Part shown: one piece after another, positions 1-11,901 of the stretch
Layout of the letters: every line of letters starts with the position of its first letter
Numbering within the stretch: position 1 is the stretch's first letter
DNA from: Blastocladiella emersonii ATCC 22665
Taxonomy: Eukaryota; Fungi; Blastocladiomycota
NCBI GenBank assembly: GCA_025594325.1
Contig: JANHCV010000001.1
Coordinates: 3,038,001-3,102,000, forward strand
Reading direction: 5' to 3'
Length of the DNA: 64,000 nt
Made by a program: the position numbers and the translations under genes
The notes under the pieces: model-generated
What the model saw: only the letters and a program-made list of their open reading frames with translations
Database searches by the model: none
Told to the model about the DNA's origin: nothing

Positions 1-480
1 AGACCGGCTCGCTGCACGGGCTCGCCACGGCGGCCGCGGCCGACGCCGCAACGCCCACGCCCACGCCCACGCCGGCGCCCGGTTCGGGGCAGCCCGCCGG
101 TGAAGACTCGCAGGTACGCATGTCCCTTCGATCCCTCCAGTGCGGTCAGTCTCGGCCGCACCGCACGCGGCGCGGACGGTGACGTGGCGGTGACGTCCCC
201 CCGCGCGGAGTGACGCGCGAACGCGTTGGCGGCGGCGCAGCAACTGGCGCGGCGAGCGTGCGGCGCGGCGTTGCGTGGATCGACCGTTCGCGGCTCCCCG
301 CGCATCGCGCAGCACGGCGTGGCGTGTTTCGCACACGCGCGCCATGGCTGCTGCGATTGGTGGCGATGCGCGTCGCCGCGTGGAGGGGGGAATGGACCCT
401 CGCCTTCTTGTTCTCCCTCGCCGCCTTTCCACGGCGCCTCGCCTTCCGCCCTCTCGCACTCGCCTTCTCCCCTCCCTCGC

Positions 481-517
481 TCCCGCTCTCCCGCTCTCCC
501 GCTCTCCCGCTCTCCCG
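481..517. repeat. 8-bp tandem repeat (TCCCGCTC)x4 in pyrimidine-rich upstream DNA
   Basis: Direct reading: tcccgctctcccgctctcccgctctcccgctctcccg. Confidence 0.7.
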
Positions 518-1181
518 CCCTGAACCGCTCCCACCACCACCATCGCGATCATCGGTACACGACGTTGCTGCTCATCGCGCCGTCGACCTCGACCTCGCGC
601 GGGCGTGTCGCGCGGCTGCACGCTCATCACAGCTGCCAGCCAGTGCTGCGCAGCCGCACGCGCTCGGGGCGAGGCTTCCGGGCCTTCCCCGATCGCATCC
701 CGAGCCTCGGAGCCTCGCGCCCGCGCGCCCCTCCTCCCTCCCTCGCTCCCTCCCGCTGCGCATCCCCGCTCTCCTCGCCGTCCCCTGCGAGCTACCGCAT
801 TATCACCCGCGCCATCATCGCGCTCCATCCCGCCCTGCCCTTTAATCTCGCCCGCCACCGCCACCCTCCTCCGATCGCGCTCACGTACGGCATCGAGATT
901 GCGCCAGCAGGCTTGCCGGAAAGCCTGTCGGCGCGCTCCCCCCGATCGGCCCGCCCGGAGCCCGCGCGCGTCCGTTTGCTTGTCGCCCCCGTGTCGCCGC
1001 GCCGTGCCGCGCCCGCTCACGCTCGCCCTCGCCCTCGCCCTCCCTCGCCTCCCCGTCCCCACCGTGTGGGAGCCGCCGCCGCCGCCCTGCCTGCTCCCAC
1101 GCGACGCCGCGCTCCACGTGTCCTCCCCGCACACGATCTCTCACTCGTGCTAACCCGATGCAATCGCGCTCTCTCCGCTAG

Positions 1182-1549
1182 CGACCCTGCTCCACCCTCG
1201 CCACTGCGGCTGCACTACCCGCAACTGCCAGCAACGACAGCGGCATCCCCGACACCAGCACCAGCAGCAACCTGCAGTGCGCCCCGCACCACAACCCGGC
1301 CGGCTTCCCTCCCTCCTTCTTCGACGGCTCCGCTGCTCCGCCGCACCACCAACGCCTCCACCACGGCCACGGCCACCCCCACGACCTCTCGCCGCCGACC
1401 GGCCCCGTGATCGGCCCGGCTGATCGGTCCCTCCATCCTTCGGCCATCGCCCCGCAGTCGCCGTCGTACCCGTACAGGCCCTCGGCTCCGCCTGCCTCGG
1501 CGCACCCGCAGCACCTGCACGCCCACGCTCCCTGGTCCGCCAATCTGCC

Positions 1550-1585
<36 letters not shown>

Positions 1586-4345
1586 CCACGGCCACGGGCA
1601 GTACCAGCACCACCCGTACTACCGCCGCCCCCATCCCGCGCACGGCCCTGCCAACAACGACGACCTCGACGATCTCGACGACGCCGACGACCCCATGTCC
1701 ATCCCGTCCATGCCCGCCCCGCCGCTCGGCGCCGCCGGCTCCTCGGGCAAGCCCGCGCGCGACCTCGCCGGCTCCAGCGCGCAGCTCAGCTCCTTCCGCG
1801 GCGGTTCCCCTCGCCTCGCGTCGCCCTCGGCCTACGCCGCCGGCCCTTCTTCCTCGTCGGCCATCGCCGTCGACCACCACGGCGCCCACCACCACCACTT
1901 CCACCAGCACCCACAGCAGCACCACGCCGACCCGCACCACCATGGCCACCACCATGACCATGGCCACGGCCACGGCCAAGACCACGCCCACGACGCGCAC
2001 CGCCAGCCCATGGTCCCCGTGCGCGGCCCGCCGCCCGGCGCCCTGCCGCCGCCGCCCGAGGCCTTTGCCGACCCGGGCGACGTGAACGAGGTCATCTTCC
2101 GCCTCGAGGACACGGTCCACCAGCTCGCCAGCATGGGTCTCGCCATGGTGCCCCCGCCGCACCTCGGCTCGCTCACCCAGGGCCTGTTCCGCGCCCTCGA
2201 CAACACGTGGCAGGTCTACCACACGCTCGCCGAGTGGTGGGTCTGCGTTGAGCGCCACGCCGGCCGCCAGGGCCTCGTCCTGCCCCGCCCCGCCGGCCAG
2301 CCCGACGGCAACGCCGAGGACGGCGGGTCGCCCGCCCCGCTCGGCGCCTCGCCTGTGCCCGAGTCGGCGCCGGCACCACCAGCGTCAGCCCCCGTCCCCG
2401 AGAACATGGACGTGACCATGGACGAGGCAGCGCCTGCGCCCACGCCCGCGCCCGCGCCCGCGTCCGAGCCGGCCTCCGCCTCAGCTGCTCCGCCTGCGCG
2501 CGCCGGATCCGCTGTCGCCCCTCACCTCGTCCACTCGACCGAGAGCACGCCCGCCCCCGCCCCCGCCCCCGTCAACGGCTACCCCGACGGTACCCGCAGC
2601 GCCCCGCCACGGCCGCTCGAGCAGCCTACGCGGCCGCAGCAGCAGCAGCAGCAGCAGCAGCAGTTTGACGCGCTCCGCCACGAGCCCTCGCCCGCTCCCG
2701 CACCGGCTCGCGCGCTCCGTCCCAACGGTGAGCCTGCCCTGCCCCCACCTCATTCCTCGTCCGCTGCGCCGGCATCGACGGGCCGCGACCCCTCGGCTGG
2801 CCCGCGCCCGCCCACGGCCGACGAGTACCCCGTCAGCATCTTCTCGGTCCGCCAGGCCTCGTCGCAGCAGCAGCAGCAGCCCCAGCAGGCCTCGCAGCAG
2901 TTCGGCCCCGGCCCCGGCCCGTCGCCGATGCCGCCCCGCGGCCCGTCGGGTCCCGCCGACCGCGGCTTCTACCCGCCCCCGCCGGGTAGCACTGGCGCCA
3001 ACGGCGGCATGCCGCCCTCGCGCCCGCCGCCGCCGCCCGCGCACTTTGACTTTGACGCCGACGACGTCGAGGACGACCACCAGTACCCGTACGCCGACGC
3101 GCCCATGTACGACGCGCGCCGGCCCGGCCCGCCACCGGGCGCCCAGCGGTACCCTGGAGGCCCGCCGCCGCCGCCGCCGGGTCCCGGACGCGACTTCCAT
3201 CCCGACGCCATGGGCCCGAGCCCGCCGCAGCACCACTACGGCCCGCCTCCGCACTCGCACCCGGCCGGCCGCCCGCACTACGGCAACCACCCGTCCATGC
3301 ACTCGCCCGAGCCCCCGCTCCCGCACCACCTGCGCGGCGGGAACCAGTACTACAGCGGTCCGCCCTCGTCGTCGTCGATCGGCGGCCCGCCCCCGCCCCC
3401 ACCCGCCGGCATGCGCCACGGCCCTCCGCCTCCGCAGCAGCAGCAGCACCGCGGCGGCCACCATGCCCCGCCGCCCCCGCCCATGATGAACGGCGGCCAG
3501 GCCCACCCGTACCCGCCACCGCAGCCACAGCAACATCAGCCGGCCCACCATGGTCACCACCACGGCCCGCCCCCGCCGCCCGTGTCCCACGGCTACGGTC
3601 CTCGCCCGCCCATGCACGCGCAGCCACCGCCGCAGCAGCACCAGCACCCGCTCGCGCACGGCGGCCCTGTCGGCGGCATGATGGACCCGCACCTCAACCC
3701 GTACCCGTACGGCCACGGCGCGACGCCCGACGGCGCGCGCATCACCCAGGACGGCTACGTGTGGGAGGACGCGCGTATGATGGCGCGGCTGCCCAAGAAG
3801 CGCTCGGTACGCTCTCGTCGCGCAGTTCGATGTGGACCTGGTTGATGCCGACGAACTCCCGTTCTAGCGCAAGTCGGCCGGCCCCGCGTTCGGCCGGTGC
3901 CTCAGCTGCAACGCGACCGAGACGCCCGAGTGGCGCCGTGGTCCGCAGGGCAAGGGTACGCCGGACTTTCGACTCTCTCGTCGATCATTTCAACTGAGCA
4001 CCAACTGACGCGTTGCCTCCTCCCGCTTCTGTAGCCTCGCTGTGCAACGCGTGCGGTCTCCACTGGGCCAAGCTCCGCCGCCGCGCCAAGGCCAACCAGG
4101 CCGCGGCCGCCGCTGCCGCTGCTGCCGCCGCCAACGGCGGTTCCACCACAGCCACGGCCACGGCCACGGCTGCGGCGTCGGGCAGCAACAGCGCCACAAC
4201 CACGGCCAGCTCGTCGACGGCCGCGCTCGCGCCCGGCACCGCGCCCGGCACCATTGACGAGGAGGCCGAGGACGACGACGACGACGACCGCAGCGAGTAC
4301 GACGCGCCACAAGGCGCCGCGGCGCAGCAGCCGCCCCCGTCGTAG
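1182..4345 (+). CDS. GATA zinc-finger transcription factor (single C-x2-C-x18-C-x2-C finger) with a long Pro/Gln/His-rich disordered N-terminus; 5' end uncertain
   Basis: Spliced exons (..3806, 3868-3955, 4035-4345; introns 3807-3867 and 3956-4034, GT-AG) give [48 protein letters not shown]. The frame is open from an acceptor at 1181 (branch GCTAAC about 1149); the first in-frame ATG is at 1695. Confidence 0.85.
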
Positions 4346-4606
4346 TAGCCGCGACGACGGAGAGAGAAAGAGTGGGAATGTCTGGTTTTGATGGAGGTAC
4401 ACGCACGCGCATTAAATTTCGTTTTGGATCTATTCGACCATGGGCGCTGAGCAGAGGGTGGAGATGGCCACGGAGTAGCGGCCATGGATGCCGAGAGGGC
4501 TGCGGCCATGGACGCGCGACCAAGTTCTCTCAACACGACACGACGAGGACGGAAGACGGGGGAACGAATCAAATACCAAATACACTACAGCTCTCTCTCT
4601 CGGCTA

Positions 4607-6497
4607 CTACGCGCGCGTGGGCGACGCGGCCGGGGACGCGGCGGACGTGGTCGGGCTCGCGGGCGCGGTGTTGCCGGCGCCGCGCTGCTTGCGCGGGAAC
4701 ACGACGATACGCCCGTCGTCCATCTTCTTCTCGACGGACTTGATGACGCCGACGGCGATGGTGTGCCTGTGGTCGCGGAGGGCGAAGCGGCCGAGCGGCG
4801 GGCACTCGGAGAAGGGCTCGACGCACAGGGGCTTGGACGGGACCAGACGGACGACGGCCGCGTCGCCCGGCTTGAGCGAGCGCGGGTGCTCCTCGATCAC
4901 CTGCCCGTTGCGCCGGTCGACCTTGGCCAGCAGGTCCGTGATGCGCACGGGCACGTGCGCCGTGTGGATGTCGATGATGGGCGTGTACCCGGGCGCGATC
5001 GAGGGCACCGCGTGGTCGACCATGACCACGAGCGACGCCGTGAACGCCACGGCCTCGAACGCCTGCGTGTCGACCGAGGTCGTCGCGTCCGACGCAATGC
5101 ACCCGCGCCGCACGTCGCGCAGCGACACGTTCGACACGCCGAACCCGACGCTGTCGCCCGGGTGCGCCTCGTGCGGCAGCCGCGCGGGCGTCGAGGCGCC
5201 CGACGCCGAGGCTGTTGGTGGCGCGGCGGCGGAGGAGGAAGAGGACGAAGATGAGAGCGCAGCCGCAGCAGCAGCAGCGCCCGAAGACGACGCGGCGCCG
5301 CCCGTCTCGACCGAGGTGACGGTACCCGTGGCGCCGCCGGGGGCGAAGCGGACCTGCATGCCGACGCGCAGGACGCCGGCCTCGACGCGGCCGACGGGCA
5401 TGGTGCCGACGGAGGAGACCTTGTACACGTCCTGGACCGTGATGCGCAGGGGCTTGTCGGCGAGGCGGCGCGGCGGGTCGATGGCGTCAATGGCCTGGAT
5501 CAGCGTGGTCCCCGACTTGTCGCCGGCCTTGGACTCGCGGCGCCACCCGGCAAACCACGGCATGTGCTCCGAGGGAGCGAGCAGGTTGTCGCCCGTGGCG
5601 CCCGACACGGGGACGAAGGGGACCGTCTTGATGTTGTAGCCGAGACGGCGCAGCATGGCCGAGGTGTCGGCGCACACGGCGTGGAACCGGTCGGCCGACC
5701 ACGCGACCTGGTCCATCTTGTTGACGGCCACGATCAGCTGCTTGACGCCGAGCGTGAAGGCGAGCATGGCGTGCTGGATCGTCTCGCCGCCGGCGCCGCT
5801 GGGCGCGGGCGTGGCGGCCGGGTCCTGGTCGTCGCTGGCGTCGTCGGTCGGGAACGGGACCTTGTACGCGGGATCGCGCGCAGCAGCAGCATCGCTGTCG
5901 GCGGATGGCGCGTCCACGTCCATGTCCCCCGACGTCTCCGCCGCGGCGGGCGAGGAGGGCGCGGTCACGGCGGTGCCCATGCCGCGGGCAAACTCAGCGG
6001 GGACGGCCGAGACAAAGAGGATGGCAATGTCGGCGCGCGAGGCGCCCGTGATGAGGTTGTGGACGAAATCGCGGTGGCCGGGCACGTCAATCACGTTGAC
6101 GAGGTACTTTTGCGACGCGAACTTGGCCGCGTCCGGGTGCACGTCGGTCGGGTGGCCCTGCTCGCGCGCGGCCTTGACGCGGTCCATGAGCCACGCGTAC
6201 TGGAAGTGCGGCGGCGCCGTGGGCGGGGTCGCCGACGCGGTCGTCGAGTGCAGCGCGGCCGACGCGGCCTGCTCAAACGCCGCCAGCGTCGCGGCATCGA
6301 GCAGGCCCGACTTGTACACGAGGTGGCCCGTCGCGGTCGACTTGCCCGCGTCCTGCGTGCCGATGACGACCACCGACAGCGGCTGCTTGGCGGGGTCGGC
6401 GGTGGGCGAGCTCCTGGATGAGGCAGACGGCGTGAGTGGCGGCGGCGACAGAGGACGCGTCGATCGCGGCGGTTCCCGCGCACGGGCAAGCTTACAT
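4607..6497 (-). CDS. Divergent eEF1A (EF-1alpha)-like translational GTPase paralog
   Basis: VVVIGTQDAGKSTATGHLVY, DVPGHRDF, NKMD, KPLRITVQDVYKVSSVGTMPVGRVEAG and KPLCVEPFSECPPLGRFALRD align with eEF1A domains I-III. Start codon is AT(6497-6496)|intron 6495-6414|G. Confidence 0.85.
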
Positions 6498-7014
6498 GAT
6501 GTGTGGAGGTGCAATGCCGCAAGTGGTGGCGGCAGCGGGGACGTTGTTGGTGGCGTAGCGAGAGAGAGGGTGTGGAGAGGAGAGCAGAGTTGGTCGCGGC
6601 GGCGAGTCGCGTCGTTGTTGCGCCCCGCCGGAACAAGCCGCGACCGTTGCTCCCAGCGCCGACGCAGCGGAGCGACCTTTCCGGCGGAAGCCGACGCGAT
6701 TCCGGAAGGGGCGTAGCGCTGCTCGTTCGGTTACGCTTACGCGGGTGATGGTGGCGCGGCGCGCGGGCCCAGCCAGACACGTTCGCGGCCGTGTCGCGTG
6801 GTGATGATCTCATGCTCGCGCGGCTGGCACACGGCCATCCGTCACATCACCGCGGCCATCATCCGCCGGCTCGGCGACGCGTCAAGAGGCCGGATCGAAA
6901 GGACAGGAGAACGTGTTCATGAAGGGGGTACAGGACGCGTGCTCATCATCGATACACAACACAACTCGTTCGACGCCTGATCTGCAGCGCGCGACACGGC
7001 GACCGACACGGCGG

Positions 7015-7365
7015 CTACTCAACGGCCGGGTCCGAGGCGTGGCGCAGCTGCACGTTGCCGACGCGCAGGCCCTGGGCCGTGGTCTCGACGCGGGCCGCGG
7101 CGCCGCGCGACTCGCCGATGCCCTCGGCCTGGCGCACCACCTCGGCCTCGTGCTGGAAGTGCTCGCGCACCTCGGGCTCGCGCTGCTCGCGGTCGCGCCG
7201 CTCCTGGTCCTCGGCCGAGTCGAGCGTCTCCTGCCAGTCCTGCTTGTGCGCCGGCTCGCCCTGCGCCTGCGGCTGCAGCTGGATCCCGCCCACGGCCGAC
7301 TGCGCCGCGTGCGTGCGGCCCGACTGCGGCACCTTGGTCGTCTTCTTGGGGATGTTGTCGCTCAT
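7015..7365 (-). CDS. Small (116 aa) hydrophilic, charged hypothetical protein
   Basis: ATG in good context (ccaagATGagc), coding-like GC3 bias, divergent from RPL22; no family recognised. Confidence 0.55.
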   Translation of the reverse strand: MSDNIPKKTTKVPQSGRTHAAQSAVGGIQLQPQAQGEPAHKQDWQETLDSAEDQERRDREQREPEVREHFQHEAEVVRQAEGIGESRGAAARVETTAQGLRVGNVQLRHASDPAVE

Positions 7366-7794
7366 CTTGGCCGAGACGATGATGTGGTGGTGGTTCTTGA
7401 TGGGTGGCAGTAGGTGTTGATGCGTAGCACACGGTGAGATATCGCTTTGATGGGCGAGAGGGCGGGAGGGCGTGGGGGGATCCGTCCGCCCTTATGTACG
7501 CTCCCACGGCGACCGGCCAGCCGGGCGGTGATGGCCATCGGACGGCAAGCGCGCGCAGCGCCACCAGCCAGCGAAAACGCGAACGCGAAACGCGCAGCGC
7601 GACGAGAAACGCGACGCGTTCACCGCGGTCACGCGCCAGCTGGCCGAAAGCATGTGACCCGTTGCCGTGTCAACAAAGGGCCGCCAACTCCCGAGGGCCA
7701 CCGACGCCCGCCCAACAAGACTTGGCACGGGCGGCCATCCAGGCTTGCTCCTCCTCGGACCTCACGTCATTTGAAGCACCTCCACTCATCAAAA
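7366..7794. promoter_or_regulatory. Probable bidirectional promoter between the 116-aa gene and RPL22
   Basis: Head-to-head ATGs about 430 bp apart; inferred from gene orientation only. Confidence 0.4.
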
Positions 7795-8145
7795 ATGGCC
7801 CCCGCTACCAAGATCTACAAGGTGACGCTCGACTGCGCCCAGGCCACCGAGGACAAGATCTTCGACGCCGCCGCCTTCGAGAAGTACGTGCACGACCGCT
7901 TCAAGGTCAACGGCCGCACCAACAACCTCGGCGAGGCGGTCAAGATCACCCGTGTCGGCGAGTCCAAGATCGTCATCACCTCGACGGTCCCCTACTCGAA
8001 GCGCTACGTCAAGTACCTGACCAAGCGCTTCCTCAAGAAGTACCAGCTCCGCGACTGGCTCCGTGTCGTCGCCTCGTCCAAGGACGCGTACCAGCTCCGC
8101 TACTTCAACGTCGACCAGGCCGCCGAGGGTGCCGACGAGGAGTAA
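7795..8145 (+). CDS. RPL22: 60S ribosomal protein eL22 (L22e)
   Basis: MAPATKIYKVTLDCAQATEDKIFDAAAFEKYVHDRFKVNGRTNNLG...YSKRYVKYLTKRFLKKYQLRDWLRVVAS...YQLRYF, typical eL22; aaaaATG context; coding region has no intron. Confidence 0.97.
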   Translation: MAPATKIYKVTLDCAQATEDKIFDAAAFEKYVHDRFKVNGRTNNLGEAVKITRVGESKIVITSTVPYSKRYVKYLTKRFLKKYQLRDWLRVVASSKDAYQLRYFNVDQAAEGADEE

Positions 8146-8682
8146 GATCTTAGTGCCGAACCTGCTCGCCCTCCCCTCCCGCCCCCACCCTCCCCTCCCT
8201 TCGCCCGCCTCGCGCCGCCTCCTGCAGCCGAGCGCGACGAATAGAATGGACCGCACGGGCGTGACGAGAACGAGCCCTTTTCAAAAAATCACAATCTCCT
8301 CCGCTTCGGCTCCTCCGCGCGCGCTTCCCTCCGTGGGGGCCGCAACGAGGCAGACGGTGTCCGCCCGAGCATTCACTTGCCCGGGCACCATGGTGTTGCT
8401 GTGTGGTCGTCCGTGCGCCTCCGAGCTGTCGGGGCGCCGGGCTCCGCCGTCGCGCTGTGTGCCGTGACGCTGTTGGGCTCGTCGCCAGGATCTCTCGCTT
8501 GTCAGGGTCGTGAGGTTCGCTGGGGTCGATCCCTTCGGGTCGTTGTGCCGGCAGTCAGGTCACCTCGCACACATGTTGCTGATTTATTGCTCGTCCGCGC
8601 TCGTCTCCGGTCTCCGCCCTCGAATTCGCCATCGGCGCGCTAGCCCATGCATCACCCTCACCGAACGTCAGCGTAAACCACC

Positions 8683-11600
8683 ATGCCGCCGAAGCGCACT
8701 CGTCGCAAGGCCACCGCCGCCGACTCGGACGACGATGCCGCGACCCCCTCGGCCATGCCGCCGCCCTCGTCGTCGGCCGCTTCCTCGCGGTCCTCGTCCG
8801 TGAGCCCCGTCAAGCCGTCGTCCGGTGCTGCTCCGCCAGCGACCCCCGCCGCCGCTGTCCCGGCTACGCCGCGCGTGGTACTGATCCTCCGTCGCGCGGT
8901 TCTCCCCTTGCTTCGCTCGCTGACCCTCGCTTGCTTCATGATGGACAGGCGACCCGCAGCACCCGCGTCACCCGCTCCACGTCGCTCCTCGTCGCCGCGA
9001 CTGCGACCGCTGCCGTCGAGCCCGAGTCGCCCGCGACCCCGATCCGCCGCTCGTCGCGCCTGCAGGTCAAGCGCTCCGTCTCCACCTCCGATGCAGACGC
9101 CGCCGCCACGCCCCGCGCGACCACCACGACGGCCCGTAAGCGCTCGTCCGCCGCCGCCTCGTCCGCGTCCAACTCGGACGCCGAGTCCGTGACCCCGGTC
9201 CGCTCGCGCTCGCCCGCCGCGACGCCCATGCCGACCCGCTCGTCCACGCGCAAGCGCTCGCTCGCTGTGCCCGAGCCGGAGCCCGAGGCCGAGGTCGAGG
9301 TCGAGACTCCGGTCCCTGCCCGCGCGCGGTCGCCTGCCGCAACCCCGGTCCCGACCCGTGCCTCGACACGCAAGCGCTCGCTCGCTGCGGATCCCGAGGC
9401 GACGCCCGTCCGCGCGCCTTCACCGGCTGCTGCAACGCCCGCGACCGCGCGCCCGACTCGCACCGCTACCGCACGTCAGCGTGCGCTCGCTGCTGCCGCT
9501 GCGGCCACTGCTGCGTCGAACCAGTCGGACGACACACCGACACCCGCGCAGCCGGCACCCGCCCAGTCGCCCGAGTCGACGCCGGTTCCCGCTCGACCCG
9601 CCGCGCGTAAGCGCCCGACGACCGTCCTGCGCAGCGCGACCCCGACCAACGTGGACCCGGCGGCGCCCGCGAGCGTTCCGGAGACCCCGTCGCGGCCGGC
9701 TGAGGTGGAGGACGATACTATGGCCGTCAACGAGGTCGTTGCCTCCGGCCCGTCGTCGCCGCAGCCGCCTGCTCCGCTTCATGCGCAGCTGCGCGTTGTC
9801 GAGGAGGAAGAGCCGCGCCGCTCGCAGAAGCCCGCTTCGCCAGCAGCCGTGCCGACGCAACTTGTTGCTCACTCGTCGCCGCAGCCGCGCGCGGTCGAGG
9901 TGGACGAGCCCCGTCGCTCACCAACGCCCGGTTCGCCAGCGGCCGTGCCTGCACAGCCTGCTGCTCGGTCCTCGCCGCGGCCCGCGTCGCCTACCACTGC
10001 TGCTCCGCTTCCGCGCCCATCGGCCTCGCCGCGGCCGGTGGATGTGCAGCCCGTCGTCGATTCTTCGCCTCGCACCCGCTCGCCTCAGACGGCGCATCAG
10101 CCGCCTGCATCTCCATCACCAAAGCGGTCCCCGCTTCGTGCTGAAGCGCCAGTGGTGGTCGCGCCGCGCTCCCCGTCTCCGATTGCGACCGAGCAGGCGT
10201 CGCTCTCCCCACAGCCGCCCGCGAGCCTGTCGCCGCGGCCCCCTCCCGCGCGCTCCCCTTCGCCGCCGCCGCGCAGCCCGTTTCTCGCTTCCTTCGAGCC
10301 CATCTTCCCGGCGCCCGACACGGCCGCCACCCTCACCTCGCCGCTCGGCGCGCACGCGTCCTCGGCGCACCCGCTCGGCCTGCCGCTCTCGACGTTTGTC
10401 GCCGCCCCGACCGCGTGGGTGCCGCCGCGCACCGACCTCGTCCCGCTGACCACCTGGACGCCCGCGCCGCCGCCGCCGCCGCCGGTACTTCCCGTCCGGC
10501 GCCCCTTGCTCGCCGTCAACACTAGCCCGACGGCCGGCACCGTGACCCCGCCCGTCGCCCCGGATGCGGCGTCGCTCCCGCCGCCCGAGTCGCCGCTGCG
10601 CCCGACTTCGGCCCGCTCACCCTCGCCCGTCTCCCCGCCGCGCGTCATCTCGGCGTTCGCCGACTGGGGCGCCACCGCGGCCCCGTCCTCGTGGTCCCCG
10701 CTCGCGCGCCAGCTCGCCGCGTCCGCGACCGCGGCCAACCCGCTCGGCGCGTGGACGCAGCATGCGCGGGATGCCGCGCTGGCTCTCGCCGAAGAGGAGG
10801 AGGCGGAGGCGATGGCCGTCGAACCCGAGCCCGAGCGCGACTCGGGGTCCCCATCGCCCGAGTCCCCGATCCGCGGCACTGCGGCCGCACACATCGCCGC
10901 CCGCTCGCCGCGCTCGCCTATCGCCGCGACGCCGTCCCCGGTCCGACGCCAGCGCGCGGCCGACGCCGCTGTCGCGTTCACCCGCACTTCGGCGCTCTTC
11001 TCGTTTAGCTCACCGAGCGCGGCCGCCGCGTGGTCGATCGCGGATGCCGCGACGGTCCCGCCGCCCGAGATTCGGATCGCGTTTGCGACGGGCGAGACGG
11101 CTGACGCCGACGAGGAGCAGGAGATTGAGGAGGCCATGGACGTGATCGAACCCGAACGGCGGGCCTGCGACGACGACGAGATGGACGTTGACTCGGGCTC
11201 CGAGGGCGAGTACGAGGACTTTCACGGCACCTCGCCACGCGACCGCGGACCGGTCGTCGAGGACCGCGGCTCGGCCGAGGGTTCGATCGAGGCCGCGTCG
11301 TCGCGGTCGCAGAGCCCGGTTTCGCCACGCTCGCCATCCCCGGCCTCTTCGCGCTCGCCGAGCCCCGATGCGGCTTTGCCCGCTGCCCTCGCCGGCATGG
11401 TCTCGACGGGTGCCAAGCCCGAGTTTGATTTCTGGGACGATGAAGAGGAGGAGGACGAGTTCAGTGCCGAGGATGAGCGCGCCCCGCCCGCTCCTGCTCC
11501 CGCTGTCGCCCGCCGCACGCCCGTGACCGAGGTCGTCGAGCTCCTCGATTCCGACTCGGACTCGGACCACGGCCACGCCGCACCCGCGCCCGCCGACGAA

Positions 11601-11869
11601 GATGAGGAGGAGCAGTGGACTGGCAGCGACGAGGAGGAGGAGTACGCGAGCACCGACGGCGACGAGGACACGACCATGGTCGCGCCCACCCGCGCCGCCG
11701 CCACCGCCCAGCACCACTCGTCGTCGGACGACTTCTCGGGCCGCGAGGACACGGGCGTCTACGACACCTCGATCGTGTCGACGGGGCAGCTGCCCGACTT
11801 TTTCGACGATTTCGAGGACGGCGACAGCGTCGTGGCCGAGAACCAGGCCAAGCGCGAGGTCGTCATGTC

Positions 11870-11901
<32 letters not shown>

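Noticed and set aside
1-140. Possible exon end (…GAAGACTCGCAG|GTACGC) at the window start
   Set aside because: Too short and truncated to assign a gene or strand, and no convincing downstream acceptor.
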